Below are positions 22,584 through 33,272 of a stretch of 64,000 bases of DNA, piece by piece. The translations under genes and the position numbers were made by a program. A model generated the notes under the pieces. It was given only the letters and a program-made list of their open reading frames with translations. It was not told the DNA's origin and made no database searches. How positions within the stretch are numbered: the first letter of the stretch is position 1; every line of letters starts with the position of its first letter. Origin of the DNA: an uncultured Actinomycetota bacterium (GTDB taxonomy: Bacteria; Actinomycetota; Actinomycetes; Mycobacteriales; Mycobacteriaceae); NCBI GenBank assembly GCA_963749375.1, contig CAVVNB010000009.1, positions 116,122-180,121 on the forward strand. The letters are read 5' to 3'.

Positions 22584-23624
22584 ATGCGAATCGGACTGGG
22601 AATCAACTACGCGGGCGGCTTCAAGGAGGTCGCCGCCGAGGTGGCCGACCTCGAACGCGCCGGCTTGGACATTGTCTTTGTCCCCGAGGCATATTCGTTC
22701 GACGCGGTGAGTGCGCTCGGATACCTGGCAGCCAGCACCGACCGCGTTGAGCTGGCGTCGGGCATCCTGCAGCTGTACACCCGGACGCCGACGCTGACCG
22801 CCATGACCGCCGCCGGCTTGGACTACGTCTCCGACGGCCGCTTCATCCTGGGCCTGGGCGCTTCTGGCCCGCAGGTGATGGAGGGTTTCCACGGGGTGCG
22901 TTACGACGCGCCGATCGCGCGCACCCGCGAGGTCATCGAAATCTGCCGTCAGGTGTGGCGGCGCGAAAAGTTGCAGTACGAGGGCGACCACTACACGATC
23001 CCGCTACCGGCTGAGCAGGGTACCGGCCTGGGCAAGGCGCTGAAGCTGATCAATACGCCTGTCCGCGAACGCATTCCCGTCCTGATCGCCGCGTTGGGCC
23101 CCAAAAACGTCGAACTCGCCGCCGAGGTCGCCGAGGGGTGGCAACCGATCTTCTTTCTTCCGGAGAAGGCCCAGGATGTCTGGGGCAAGGCACTGGCCAC
23201 CGGTCAGGAGAAGCGCGACCCGGCGCTGGGCGACCTCGAGGTCTTCGCCGGCCCGACCCTGGCCATCGGCGAAAACGTCGAGCCGCTGAGAGAAATCGTG
23301 AAGCCGCATCTTGCGCTCTACATCGGCGGCATGGGCGCCAAGGGCAAGAACTTCTACCACACGCTGGCCACCAGCTACGGCTACGGAGCGCAGGCCGACC
23401 GCATCCAGGAGCTCTACCTGGCCGGCGAGAAGGAAGCGGCCGCCAAGGCGGTTCCCGACGACCTCGTCCGCGACGTGTCCCTGATCGGAACGCCCGGTTT
23501 CGTCAAGGAACGGATCGCGGCATTCCGCGAGGCCGGTGTGACGACCCTGAACGTCGTGCCCGTCGCCGAGACCGCCCACGAGCGGGTCAAGCTGATCGAG
23601 ACGCTGCGCGGCCTGGTGGACTGA
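22584..23624 (+). CDS. LLM-class F420-dependent oxidoreductase
   Basis: EAYSFDA, SDGRFILGLGASGPQVMEGFHG, AALGPKN. Confidence 0.92.
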   Translation: MRIGLGINYAGGFKEVAAEVADLERAGLDIVFVPEAYSFDAVSALGYLAASTDRVELASGILQLYTRTPTLTAMTAAGLDYVSDGRFILGLGASGPQVMEGFHGVRYDAPIARTREVIEICRQVWRREKLQYEGDHYTIPLPAEQGTGLGKALKLINTPVRERIPVLIAALGPKNVELAAEVAEGWQPIFFLPEKAQDVWGKALATGQEKRDPALGDLEVFAGPTLAIGENVEPLREIVKPHLALYIGGMGAKGKNFYHTLATSYGYGAQADRIQELYLAGEKEAAAKAVPDDLVRDVSLIGTPGFVKERIAAFREAGVTTLNVVPVAETAHERVKLIETLRGLVD

Positions 23625-23628
23625 CCGG

Positions 23629-25866
23629 TCAGTCTCGGGCGGCCGCCAGTGCGGCGTTGAGGGTCTCGCTCGGCCGCATCACCGCGGTGAGCTTTTGGTC
23701 GTCCGGTCGGTAATAGCCGCCGATGTCGACGGATTCGCCTTGCGCCGCGCCGAGTTCGTCGACGATGGCGTCTTCGTCCTTGCCCAGCTCGTCGGCCAGT
23801 GCGGCGAAGTGCTTGCGTAACTCTTCGTCGTCGTGCTGCTTCGCGAGTTCCTGCGCCCAGTACAGCGCCAGGTAGAACTGGCTCCCACGGTTGTCGAGCT
23901 CGCCGGTCTTGCGGGACGGGCCCTTGTTGTTGTCCAGCAGTTTGCCGATCGCGTCGTCTAGCGTCTTGCCCAGGATCTTGGCCCGCTCATTGCCGGTCTT
24001 GATCCCGATGTCTTCGAAACATGCTCCCAGCGCCAGGAATTCGCCGAGCGAATCCCACCGCAGGTGGTTCTCCTCGACCAGCTGGTGGACGTGCTTGGGC
24101 GCTGAACCACCCGCACCCGTCTCGTACATTCCCCCACCGGCCATCAGCGGCACGATGGACAACATCTTGGCGCTGGTGCCCAGCTCCAGGATCGGGAAAA
24201 GATCAGTGAGGTAGTCGCGCAAGATGTTTCCGGTGGCGGCAATGGTGTCCTGGCTGCGAATCGCACGTTCAATGGTGTGCCGCATGGCTCGCTCCTGCGA
24301 CATGATCTGGATGTCGAGGCCCTCGGTGTCGTAGTCGGCAAGGTAGGTGTTGACCTTCTTGCGCAGCTCGTACTCGTGCGGACGCTCCTGATCCAACCAG
24401 AACACCACCGGCATGCCTGAGTTCCTCGTCCGGTTGACCGCCAGCTTGACCCAGTCGCGGATCGCCGCGTCGGTCACGATGGGCATCCGCCAAATGTCGC
24501 CTTCCTCAACGTTTTGCGTGAGCAGCACTTCCCCGGTCTCGAGGTCGACGATGTCGGCGACACCGTCCTCGGGGATCTCGAACGTCTTGTCGTGTGAGCC
24601 GTATTCCTCGGCCTGCTGTGCCATCAGGCCGACGTTGGGCACGGTGCCCATCGTGGTCGGGTCGAACTGTCCGTGCGTCTTGCAGAAGTTGATGATCTCC
24701 TGGTAGATGCGGGAGAACGTGGACTCCGGGTTGACGGCCTTGGTGTCTTTCTGCCGACCGTCGGCGCCGTACATCTTGCCGCCCGCCCGGATCATCGCCG
24801 GCATCGACGCGTCCACGATCACATCGCTGGGTGAGTGAAAGTTGCTGATACCCTTGGCCGAATCGACCATAGCCAGTTCGGGCCGGTGCTCGTGGCAGGC
24901 GTGCAGGTCGCGGACGATCTCGTCATGCAGCGACGCGGGCAGGGTCTCGATCTTGTTGTACAAGTCGACCAGTCCGTTGTTGACGTTGACACCGAGTTCG
25001 TCGAACAACTCCTGATGTTTGGCAAACGCGTCCTTGTAGAAGATCTTGACGGCGTGGCCGAAGACGATGGGGTGGCTGACCTTCATCATCGTCGCCTTGA
25101 CGTGCAGCGAGAACATCACGCCGGTCTCGTAGGCGTCCTCGATCTCCGCCTCGTAGAAGTCGCACAGCGCCTTCACGCTCATGAACATGCTGTCGATGAC
25201 GTCGCCGTCGCGTAGCGACACCTTCGGCTTCAGCACGATCGTCTTGCCGCTCTTGGTTTTCAGTTCCATCTTCACGTCGCGCGCGTGGTCCAGCGTCAGC
25301 GACTTCTCGCCGTGGTAAAAGTCACCGCGCTTCATCGTCGCGACGTGCGTGCGTGACGCCTGCGACCAGGCCCCCATGCTGTGCGGGTGCTTGCGCGCGT
25401 ACTCCTTGACCGCCTTCGGCGCGCGGCGGTCCGAATTACCTTGCCGTAGAACGGGATTCACGGCGCTGCCGAGACACTTGGCGTAGCGGTCGCGAATTTC
25501 CTTGTCCTCGTCGCTTTTCGGGTGCTGCGGATAGTCGGGGATCTTGAATCCCTTACCCTGCAGCTCCTTGACCGCAGCCACCAGCTGCGGCACCGATGCG
25601 CTGATATTGGGCAGCTTGATGATGTTGGTGTCGGCCTCTTTGGTCAGCCGGCCCAGCTCGGCCAGGTTGTCCGGCACGCGCTGCTCGTCGGTCAGGTAGT
25701 CGGAGAACTCGGCCAGGATGCGGGCGGCCACCGAGATGTCACTGGTCTGGACGGTGATCCCGGCGGGTTCGGCGAAGGCCCGCACGATCGGCAGAAAGGC
25801 GTAGGTCGCCAGCAGCGGCGCCTCGTCGGTCAGCGTGTAGATGATGGTCGGCTGGTCGGCGCTCAC
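23629..25866 (-). CDS. icd2: Monomeric NADP-dependent isocitrate dehydrogenase
   Basis: [45 protein letters not shown]; 745 aa from GTG 25866. Confidence 0.96.
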   Translation of the reverse strand: MSADQPTIIYTLTDEAPLLATYAFLPIVRAFAEPAGITVQTSDISVAARILAEFSDYLTDEQRVPDNLAELGRLTKEADTNIIKLPNISASVPQLVAAVKELQGKGFKIPDYPQHPKSDEDKEIRDRYAKCLGSAVNPVLRQGNSDRRAPKAVKEYARKHPHSMGAWSQASRTHVATMKRGDFYHGEKSLTLDHARDVKMELKTKSGKTIVLKPKVSLRDGDVIDSMFMSVKALCDFYEAEIEDAYETGVMFSLHVKATMMKVSHPIVFGHAVKIFYKDAFAKHQELFDELGVNVNNGLVDLYNKIETLPASLHDEIVRDLHACHEHRPELAMVDSAKGISNFHSPSDVIVDASMPAMIRAGGKMYGADGRQKDTKAVNPESTFSRIYQEIINFCKTHGQFDPTTMGTVPNVGLMAQQAEEYGSHDKTFEIPEDGVADIVDLETGEVLLTQNVEEGDIWRMPIVTDAAIRDWVKLAVNRTRNSGMPVVFWLDQERPHEYELRKKVNTYLADYDTEGLDIQIMSQERAMRHTIERAIRSQDTIAATGNILRDYLTDLFPILELGTSAKMLSIVPLMAGGGMYETGAGGSAPKHVHQLVEENHLRWDSLGEFLALGACFEDIGIKTGNERAKILGKTLDDAIGKLLDNNKGPSRKTGELDNRGSQFYLALYWAQELAKQHDDEELRKHFAALADELGKDEDAIVDELGAAQGESVDIGGYYRPDDQKLTAVMRPSETLNAALAAARD

Positions 25867-26037
25867 GGTGTTCTCCCGGTATCGGTTAGATCCTGACGGG
25901 CTTCGCGGTGAATCTTGCTGCCACGGTATCAAGCGTGTTTCCGCTGTTGTCGACCTCGATCTGGCGTCTCGGGCACCGCCGGGTGCGCCCGGGCGGCCGC
26001 TGGCACGCATTCGCCTTGATGAGCTAAGCTTCATTTC

Positions 26038-26158
26038 GGTCATGAGCGCCAGCGTCAAGCCCCGGCTCGCTGGCCGGCAACCCTCCAACCGCGGTGGGGT
26101 GCTCCGGGTGAGGACCAGGTTTCGTAGCCAAGAAGTGGCTACGCGGCAAGCGCGGGTC
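26038..26158 (+). ncRNA. SAM-IV riboswitch
   Basis: GGTCATGAGCGCCAGCGTCAAGCCCCGGCTCGCTGGCCGGCAACCCTCC...GGGGTGCTCCGGGTGAGGACC...CGGCAAGCGCGGGTC, upstream of methionine genes. Confidence 0.92.
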
Positions 26159-26260
26159 CGCCGTGATGGGCCCCCCGGAGTAGACAGGGAAACCTGATGC
26201 GCACCTACGTGGGCCGACCCATCGTTAGTCGCTGACGCTTTTCCCGGAAAGCAATCGATC

Positions 26261-27625
26261 GTGAGTTCCGATACCACCACCCCTGACACCCCCGACATCG
26301 ATCCGAGCGCCCACTGGACGTTCGAGACCAAGCAGATCCACGCCGGTCAGCAACCCTGCCCGACCACCGGCGCCCGTGCGCTGCCGATCTACCAGACCAC
26401 CTCCTACGTCTTCGACGACACCTCACACGCCGCGGCACTGTTCGGCCTTGAAGTCCCCGGCAACATCTACACCCGCATCGGCAACCCGACCACCGACGTC
26501 GTCGAACAACGCGTCGCCGCCCTGGAAGGCGGGGTGGCAGCGCTGTTCCTGTCCTCAGGGCAGGCCGCCGAGACGTTCGCGATCCTGAATCTGGCGGCCG
26601 CGGGTGATCACATCGTGTCCAGCCCCAGGCTCTACGGCGGCACCTACAATCTGTTCCACTACTCGCTGCCGAAGCTCGGTATCGAGGTCAGCTTCGTCGA
26701 CGACCCCGACGACTTGGACTCCTGGCGGGCCGCGGTGCGTCCCAACACCAAGGCGTTCTTCGCCGAGACGATCTCCAACCCGCAGATCGACATCCTCGAC
26801 ACCCCCGGTGTCTCCGCGGTCGCCCACGAACACGGCGTGCCGTTGATCGTCGACAACACCATCGCCACGCCGTATCTGATCCAGCCGATCACTCAGGGCG
26901 CCGATATCGTCGTGCACTCGGCCACCAAATACCTCGGTGGACACGGCGCTGCAATCGCCGGGGTGATCGTCGACGGCGGCACCTTCGACTGGACGCAGGG
27001 ACGCTTCCCCGGCTTCACCACCCCAGATCCCAGCTACCACGGTGTGGTGTACGCCGAGCTGGGTCCGCCCGCGTTCGCGGTCAAGGCCCGGGTGCAGCTG
27101 CTGCGCGACTACGGCTCCGCGGCATCGCCGTTCAACGCGTTCCTGGTCGCACAAGGCATCGAAACCCTAAGCCTGCGTGTGGAACGGCACGTCGCCAATG
27201 CTCAGCGCGTCGCCGAGTACCTGGACCGCCACGAAGATGTGCTCTCGGTCAATTACGCCGGGTTAACCGGCTCGCCGTGGTTCGAGCTGGGAAAGAAGCT
27301 GGCGCCCAAGGGAACCGGAGCCGTGTTGGCCTTCGAGTTGGCCGGCGGCGTGGAGGCCGGCAAGGCGTTCGTCAACGCGCTCAAGCTGCACAGCCACGTC
27401 GCCAACATCGGCGACGTACGGTCGCTGGTGATTCACCCGGCGTCAACGACGCACGCTCAGCTCAGCCCGGCCGAGCAGCTGTCCACCGGCGTGAGTCCCG
27501 GTTTGGTGCGGCTGGCGGTGGGTATCGAGGGTATTGACGACATCGTGGCCGACCTCGAACTGGGCTTCGCCGCCGCTCGCAAGTACGCGGGCGATCGCGA
27601 CCCGCACGCCGTGGCAGCGTTCTGA
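26261..27625 (+). CDS. metC: O-acetylhomoserine/O-acetylserine sulfhydrylase (MetY type; called metC in M. tuberculosis)
   Basis: [39 protein letters not shown]. Confidence 0.94.
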   Translation: MSSDTTTPDTPDIDPSAHWTFETKQIHAGQQPCPTTGARALPIYQTTSYVFDDTSHAAALFGLEVPGNIYTRIGNPTTDVVEQRVAALEGGVAALFLSSGQAAETFAILNLAAAGDHIVSSPRLYGGTYNLFHYSLPKLGIEVSFVDDPDDLDSWRAAVRPNTKAFFAETISNPQIDILDTPGVSAVAHEHGVPLIVDNTIATPYLIQPITQGADIVVHSATKYLGGHGAAIAGVIVDGGTFDWTQGRFPGFTTPDPSYHGVVYAELGPPAFAVKARVQLLRDYGSAASPFNAFLVAQGIETLSLRVERHVANAQRVAEYLDRHEDVLSVNYAGLTGSPWFELGKKLAPKGTGAVLAFELAGGVEAGKAFVNALKLHSHVANIGDVRSLVIHPASTTHAQLSPAEQLSTGVSPGLVRLAVGIEGIDDIVADLELGFAAARKYAGDRDPHAVAAF

Positions 27626-27636
27626 GGAGTCAGCAG

Positions 27637-28785
27637 GTGACAATCTCTGATATGTCGACGCAGACGCTGCCCGCCGAAGGCGAGGTTGGCATTGTCGACG
27701 TGGGCTCGCTGACGCTGGAAAGCGGCGTGGTGCTCGACGACGTCAGCATCGCCGTCCAGCGCTGGGGCGAGTTGTCGCCGACCCGCGACAACGTCGTCGT
27801 CGTCCTGCATGCACTGACCGGCGACTCGCACATCACTGGGCCGGCTGGGCCCGGACATCCCACAGCTGGTTGGTGGGACGGAATCGCGGGCCCCGGCGCG
27901 CCGATCGACACCAACCGATGGTGCGCGGTCGCCACCAACGTGCTGGGCGGTTGCCGCGGTTCGACCGGACCGAGTTCGCTTGCTTCGAATGGAAAGCCTT
28001 GGGGCTCAAGGTTTCCGTTGGTGTCGATACGGGATCAGGTCGAGGCTGACGTGGCGGCGCTGGCGGCGCTCGGCATCACCGAAGTCGCCGCCGTGCTCGG
28101 CGGCTCGATGGGTGGAGCACGAGCGCTGGAATGGATGGTCTCGCACCCTGAGGGGGTGGGCGCGGGCCTGCTGCTGGCCGTGGGTGCGCGTGCCACTGCC
28201 GACCAGATCGGCACGCAGTGCACCCAGATCGCGGCGATTCAGGCCGATCCGAACTGGCAGGGCGGCGATTACTACGACACCGGCCGCACCCCGGATGCAG
28301 GTCTGGAGATCGCCCGGCGCTTCGCCCACCTGACCTATCGCGGCGAGGCCGAGCTGGACACCCGCTTCGCCAATCTGCCGCAGGTCGGCGAAGATCCAGC
28401 GGATCGGTCGTCCGGCGGCCGCTACGCCGTGCAGAGCTATCTGCAGCATCAGGGCGGCAAGCTGGTGTCGCGGTTCGATGCCGGTAGCTACGTGTTGCTC
28501 ACCGAATCGCTGTCCAGCCACGACGTCGGCCGGCACCGCGGTGGTGTCGAGGCCGCGCTGCGTGGCTGTCCGGTGCCGGCGGTGGTCGGCGGAATCACCT
28601 CCGACCGGCTCTACCCGCTCAGGCTGCAGGAGGAGTTGGCTGACTTCCTGCCCGGATGCAGCGGGCTTCAGGTGGTCGATTCGATCTACGGGCACGACGG
28701 ATTCCTGGTGGAGACCGACGCAGTCGGGGATTTGGTGCGACAAACCCTGGACCTGGCCGCGGCGAAGGGTGCGTGTTCGCGGTGA
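27637..28785 (+). CDS. metX: Homoserine O-acetyltransferase
   Basis: [36 protein letters not shown]. Confidence 0.95.
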   Translation: MTISDMSTQTLPAEGEVGIVDVGSLTLESGVVLDDVSIAVQRWGELSPTRDNVVVVLHALTGDSHITGPAGPGHPTAGWWDGIAGPGAPIDTNRWCAVATNVLGGCRGSTGPSSLASNGKPWGSRFPLVSIRDQVEADVAALAALGITEVAAVLGGSMGGARALEWMVSHPEGVGAGLLLAVGARATADQIGTQCTQIAAIQADPNWQGGDYYDTGRTPDAGLEIARRFAHLTYRGEAELDTRFANLPQVGEDPADRSSGGRYAVQSYLQHQGGKLVSRFDAGSYVLLTESLSSHDVGRHRGGVEAALRGCPVPAVVGGITSDRLYPLRLQEELADFLPGCSGLQVVDSIYGHDGFLVETDAVGDLVRQTLDLAAAKGACSR

Positions 28786-29513
28786 CTCAGTCTTCACCGG
28801 CGCGCTCATTGTCATTTGGCTCTGAAGCGGCCGCGTACGAGCGCGGTCGCCCGTCGTACCCGCCGGAGGCGATCGACTGGTTGCTGCCGCCCGGCGCGCG
28901 TGACGTGCTGGACCTCGGCGCCGGAACCGGCAAGTTGACCAGCCGACTGGTCGAACGCGGGCTGGACGTGGTCGCTGTCGACCCGATCGCCGAGATGCTG
29001 GAGATGCTGCGGACTTCGCTGCCGGACACACCGGCGCTGCTCGGTACAGCCGAGGATATTCCGTTGGCGGACAACAGCGTTGACGCGGTGCTCGTCGCGC
29101 AGGCGTGGCATTGGTTCAACCCGGCGCGAGCGATTCCCGAGTTGGCCCGGGTGCTGCGGCCCGGCGGCCGACTGGGTTTGGTGTGGAACACCCGCGACGA
29201 GCGATCCGGCTGGGTGCGGGAATTGGGCAGCATCATCGGCCGCGACGGCGACCCGATGCGCGACCACGTCACGCTCCCAGAGCCGTTCACCGACGTGGAT
29301 CGCTACCAGCTCGAGTGGACGAATTACCTGACGCCGCAAGCATTGATCGACCTGGTCGCGTCGCGCAGCTACTGCATCACTTCGCCGACCCAGGTCCGCA
29401 CCAAGACGCTGGACCAGGTTCGCGAGTTGTTGGCCACCCATCCCGCGTTGGCCAACGCCGGGGGCCTTGCGCTGCCCTACGTGACGGTGTGCGTGCGGGC
29501 GACGCTGTCCTGA
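28782..29513 (+). CDS. Class I SAM-dependent methyltransferase (Rv3342-like)
   Basis: [30 protein letters not shown]. Confidence 0.92.
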   Translation: MTQSSPARSLSFGSEAAAYERGRPSYPPEAIDWLLPPGARDVLDLGAGTGKLTSRLVERGLDVVAVDPIAEMLEMLRTSLPDTPALLGTAEDIPLADNSVDAVLVAQAWHWFNPARAIPELARVLRPGGRLGLVWNTRDERSGWVRELGSIIGRDGDPMRDHVTLPEPFTDVDRYQLEWTNYLTPQALIDLVASRSYCITSPTQVRTKTLDQVRELLATHPALANAGGLALPYVTVCVRATLS

Positions 29514-29542
29514 CGTCGACCGGCGCGGCTAGGGTTCGTGGT

Positions 29543-29869
29543 GTGAAACTGACATCGCTCGTCGTCGGTTGCGTGCTGGCGATAAGCGCAGCACCACCGG
29601 CCCATGCTGACGAAAACGACAACGCGTATATGTTCGGCCTTCGAAACGTGGGCATTCCGGACGGTAGCCCCGCGGCCTCACCCGCGTACGGCCGGCAACT
29701 GTGCGACCGGCTTTCCACAGTCGGCTTCGATCCGCTGGTGGCAGCAGTGAACCAGGAGAACAGTGCGAGCGGCCTGAACATGCATCTGTCCGCGCTTGTC
29801 ATCGGCGCGGCTGTGTCGAACTTCTGCCTCGAGAAAGCCAACGTGTTGCCGACCACCCTGTCGTATTAG
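29543..29869 (+). CDS. Secreted DUF732-like protein
   Basis: Signal peptide ending PAHA|D; GRQLC and AAVSNFC cysteine pair. Confidence 0.78.
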   Translation: MKLTSLVVGCVLAISAAPPAHADENDNAYMFGLRNVGIPDGSPAASPAYGRQLCDRLSTVGFDPLVAAVNQENSASGLNMHLSALVIGAAVSNFCLEKANVLPTTLSY

Positions 29870-29894
29870 GCCGGTTGATCAGCGCGCCGTCATC

Positions 29895-31260
29895 TCAGTC
29901 CGGCTCGTCGTCTTCGTCATCGCGTAGGAGTTTTTCGGGGTGGTGGTAGGTGTTGGTGCGGGGTTGGCCGTGGTCGAGGTGTGGGGGTGGGATCCATTCG
30001 GTGTCGTAGCGGTGGTTTTTGCGGGTGGTCCAGCCTTGGTCGGTTTGTGCGTGGTTGGGGTGGCAGGTCAAGGGCGAGGGTGTTGATGTCGGTGACGGGG
30101 TGGGTGGCGTAGGGGTCGCAGTGGTGGGCTTCGCAGAGGTAGCCGGGCAGGGTGCAGCCGGGGAAGGTGCAGCCACGGTCCCTGGCGTACAACACAATTC
30201 GTTGGGCGGGTGAGGCCAGGCGTTTGGTGTGATAGAGCGCCAACGCTTTGCCTTTGTCGAAGATGGCCAGGTAGTGGTGGGCGTGGGAGCCGAGTCGGAT
30301 CACATCCGACATCGGCAGCAGGGTGCCCCCGCCGGTCAGGCCGCGGCCGGCGCCGGCCTCGAGTTCTTGCAGGGTGGTGGTGACGATGATCGATGCCGGT
30401 AGGCCGTTGTGCTGGCCGAGTTCACCGGAGGCCAGCAGCGCGCGTCCGGCGGCGACGAGCGCGTCGTGGTTGCGTTGGGCCGCGGTGCGGGTGTCGTTTT
30501 GGATGGCGGCTTGGGATGGGGTGCCGCTGAGGCACGGTTCGTCGTCGGCGGGGTTGCACATGCCGGGTGCGGCCAGTTTCGCCAACACGGCATCCCAGGT
30601 GGCCCGGGCTTCGGGGGTCAGCCAGCCGCTGGTCGGTGACATGCCGTCGAAATCTTGGCGGCCGATGGTCAGGCCGCGGCGTTTGGCGCGGTCGACGTCG
30701 GTGAAGTCACCGTCGGGGTTGAGGCAGTCGGTCAGCTTGTCGGCCAGCTTGGCGAGTTCATCGGGGCGGTGTTCGCCGGCCAGGCGGGCCAACTGCGCTT
30801 CGGCCTTCACCCGGGTCTCGATGTCGACGAAATCGGGTAGCCGATGCCAGAAGCTGCGGATCACCGCGACGTGGCCGGCACCGAGGTCGCCGTTGCGCTG
30901 CGCGGCCGCGGTGGCCTCCAGCACCGGCGCCAGCGGTTCCCCGTTCAACGCCCGCCGCTCACCGAGATCCGCCGCCTCGTGCATCCGCCGAGAGGCGTCG
31001 GCGCGGCTGATCCGCAACCGGTCCGCCAACGCCGGGGCCAGTTTGCCGCCCAACTCGACCGGCTCGGCTTGGGCGGCGAGCTGGTTGATCAGCACATGCT
31101 CGATCGCCGGTTGCTGGCGGCGAAAGACCTCACATCGTTGCAGCACCGCCAGCCGCTCCGGGGTGGTCAGCGCATCAAAGGTCAAATCCAGGGCACGTTT
31201 GTAGCCGGCCTCGAGCGCGTCGAGAACCTCGACGATCTCCTCACGACTACTAGAACGCAT
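29895..31260 (-). mobile_element. 13E12 repeat family (DUF222 + HNH) gene; +1 frameshift near 30073
   Basis: [44 protein letters not shown]...EAHH; continues TCHPNH...WIPPPHLD...NTYHHPE in the next frame. Confidence 0.9.
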
Positions 31261-31266
31261 GTTCGA
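31251..31266. promoter_or_regulatory. LexA (SOS) box overlapping the 13E12 start codon
   Basis: TAGAAC-GCAT-GTTCGA versus mycobacterial consensus TCGAAC-N4-GTTCGA. Confidence 0.82.
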
Positions 31267-31288
31267 ATAGTAGCTCTGGCGGCCGACG
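31267..31288 (-). promoter_or_regulatory. PafBC-type (RecA-NDp) leaderless promoter
   Basis: Minus strand CGTCGG-N10-TACTAT versus TGTCGG-N10-TANNNT; 6 nt before the ATG. Confidence 0.65.
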
Positions 31289-31305
31289 CCCCGCACCCCA
31301 CAAAG

Positions 31306-31341
31306 CCGCAATTGTGGATGAAACCGCAACTGTGGATAACC
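31306..31341. repeat. Tandem 18-bp repeat, each unit containing a DnaA box
   Basis: CCGCAATTGTGGATGAAA / CCGCAACTGTGGATAACC; the second box is a perfect TTATCCACA on the minus strand. Confidence 0.75.
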
Positions 31342-31371
31342 GGCGAGTGCCGCCGCTATTCTGCGGGAGTG

Positions 31372-31671
31372 ATGGCGCTTGCCGTCGGCGCCGCCCCAAT
31401 GGCCCATGCCGACGACGACGACACCGCGTACGAGGTCGCCATCCAATCGGTGGGCGTTCCCGCCAATAGTCCCGCGGCAGCAACCGCGTATGGCCGGGAG
31501 CTGTGCAACCGGATCTCCGAGATTGGTTTCGATCCGTTGGTTGGAGTAACCCATCAGGAAAACAGTGCAGCCGGAGTCACCATGCATCAGTCGGCGCTGG
31601 TCATAGGCTCGGCCGTCTCGAATTACTGCATCGACAAATTCGGTTTGCTGCCGAAGAGCCTCACCTACTAG
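31372..31671 (+). CDS. DUF732-like protein, paralog of 29543-29869; start uncertain
   Basis: MAHA|DDDD, YGRELC.RIS..GFDPLV...QENSA.G..MH.SALVIG.AVSN.C shared with the upstream paralog. Confidence 0.75.
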   Translation: MALAVGAAPMAHADDDDTAYEVAIQSVGVPANSPAAATAYGRELCNRISEIGFDPLVGVTHQENSAAGVTMHQSALVIGSAVSNYCIDKFGLLPKSLTY

Positions 31672-31683
31672 GCCAGTCGAACG

Positions 31684-33114
31684 TCAGACCGGCATACCGG
31701 AGAACATCACCCGGCCCGGATCGTACTTCTGCCGAACGGCGTCCAGCCGCGACAGATTCGGCCCGAAGTACCGCGACGCCGACTGGTGGGCCTCGAGGTA
31801 ATTCACATACCCGCCAGCCGAATACGGCTGCACCGCCCGGTGCGCGGCATTCAGCCAGCCGAGCGCACCTGACGGGTCGCCGGGCGTCTCGACGTACCAC
31901 TGCACCAACGACGACTGCCGGCGCCAGGGGAAAGCGGACGCTCCGACGGGGACGTCGGCGAGGGCGCCGTCGAGTGCGTGCATGATCGCGAGCATGCGAC
32001 CCGCTCCGCGCGGGAACGCGTCGACCGCCGCAGCGATGCCCTGGGCGGCAGCCGGGCTGATCGTCGCGAAAACGTCTGAGCCACCGACGTATCCGAGCGG
32101 CGCCGGGTTGAGATTGTTGACCGCCAGATAATTGGTCAGGTCCAGGTAGTTGAACGTGTGGCTGTCCGTGCCAGTCGGTTGGATGCCGACGGCCGACGCG
32201 ATCGCCGATGCCACGCCGGCGCCCGACCCGGCCGGGCTGGTGGCCATGATCCGGCAGTGCGTGCCCATTGGATCGACGGTGGCATCCGCCAGCGCCCAGC
32301 AACTGCGGTCGGCGGTCCGCAGCCAGTTCTGCCACCCGACCAGCACCTGGGCGAAGGACTGCGGCGGGAAGTTCAAGTTCACGACGTCGACCTCGCCGGC
32401 CGGGAACGTGGCGAAGGTCAGCGAGGTTGTCACGCCGAAGTTTCCGCCCCCACCGCCGCGCAATCCCCAGAACAGGTCGGGCTGAGAATCAGCCGACGCG
32501 GTGACCGCCTGACCGCCGGGCAGCACCACCGTGGCCGATCGCAGCGCATCGGACATCAGGCCGGCGTGCCGGGAATGCGCACCCAGTCCCCCGCCGAGGG
32601 CGTGGCCCGCGGCACCGACCGACGGGCAGGTACCGGTCGGGATACCCCGGCCCGCTGCCGCCAGCACCTGGTGCATCGCATACAGACTCGTCGCGGGCGG
32701 CACGGTGACAAGCCCGGTCGCAGGGTCGTATTGGACGCCGCCGGGCAGTTGACGCAAATCGAGCACCATCGCGCCGTTCGCGGTGGACGCTCCGACATAG
32801 GAATGTCCACCGCCGCGAGGGGCGACCTTGAGGTTGTTCGCGGCAGCGAACGCCATCGCCTTCTGCACATCGGCCAGCGATGTCGGGACCACCACCGCGG
32901 CCGGCGTCATCCCGTTGTAATTGGTGTTGAAAACCGCTTTGGCCGAGCCGAATTGCGGGGCGCCCGGCTGGATGACCTGTCCGCCGATGGCCAGACCATC
33001 CCAGCCCGTGGCGATCGGCGCGCCGCCGGCCCGACCTGGCCCCACAAAGGCACCCGCGGCCAACGCCCCTACGGCGCCGCGGAGAAATGTCTGACGTGAG
33101 ATGCCACCCGGCAT
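31684..33114 (-). CDS. FAD-linked (BBE/VAO-type) oxidoreductase with Tat-like signal
   Basis: SRQTFLRG, RGGGHSY, GTCPSVG, LRGGGGGNFGV, YVNY, KYDP. Confidence 0.9.
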   Translation of the reverse strand: MPGGISRQTFLRGAVGALAAGAFVGPGRAGGAPIATGWDGLAIGGQVIQPGAPQFGSAKAVFNTNYNGMTPAAVVVPTSLADVQKAMAFAAANNLKVAPRGGGHSYVGASTANGAMVLDLRQLPGGVQYDPATGLVTVPPATSLYAMHQVLAAAGRGIPTGTCPSVGAAGHALGGGLGAHSRHAGLMSDALRSATVVLPGGQAVTASADSQPDLFWGLRGGGGGNFGVTTSLTFATFPAGEVDVVNLNFPPQSFAQVLVGWQNWLRTADRSCWALADATVDPMGTHCRIMATSPAGSGAGVASAIASAVGIQPTGTDSHTFNYLDLTNYLAVNNLNPAPLGYVGGSDVFATISPAAAQGIAAAVDAFPRGAGRMLAIMHALDGALADVPVGASAFPWRRQSSLVQWYVETPGDPSGALGWLNAAHRAVQPYSAGGYVNYLEAHQSASRYFGPNLSRLDAVRQKYDPGRVMFSGMPV

Positions 33115-33272
33115 GCCCGAATTGTCCTGCACGCGAACCCAAGACACGCCATCACGCCAGGCGTGTCGGCGCGTGTCGCCCCGAACGTGCGCGAACCTTT
33201 ACCGTGCCGTGTTCTGGACGTGATGACGGTAGACCAAAGTTCGATGCGACCGCACAACATCGAGGGGTGGTT

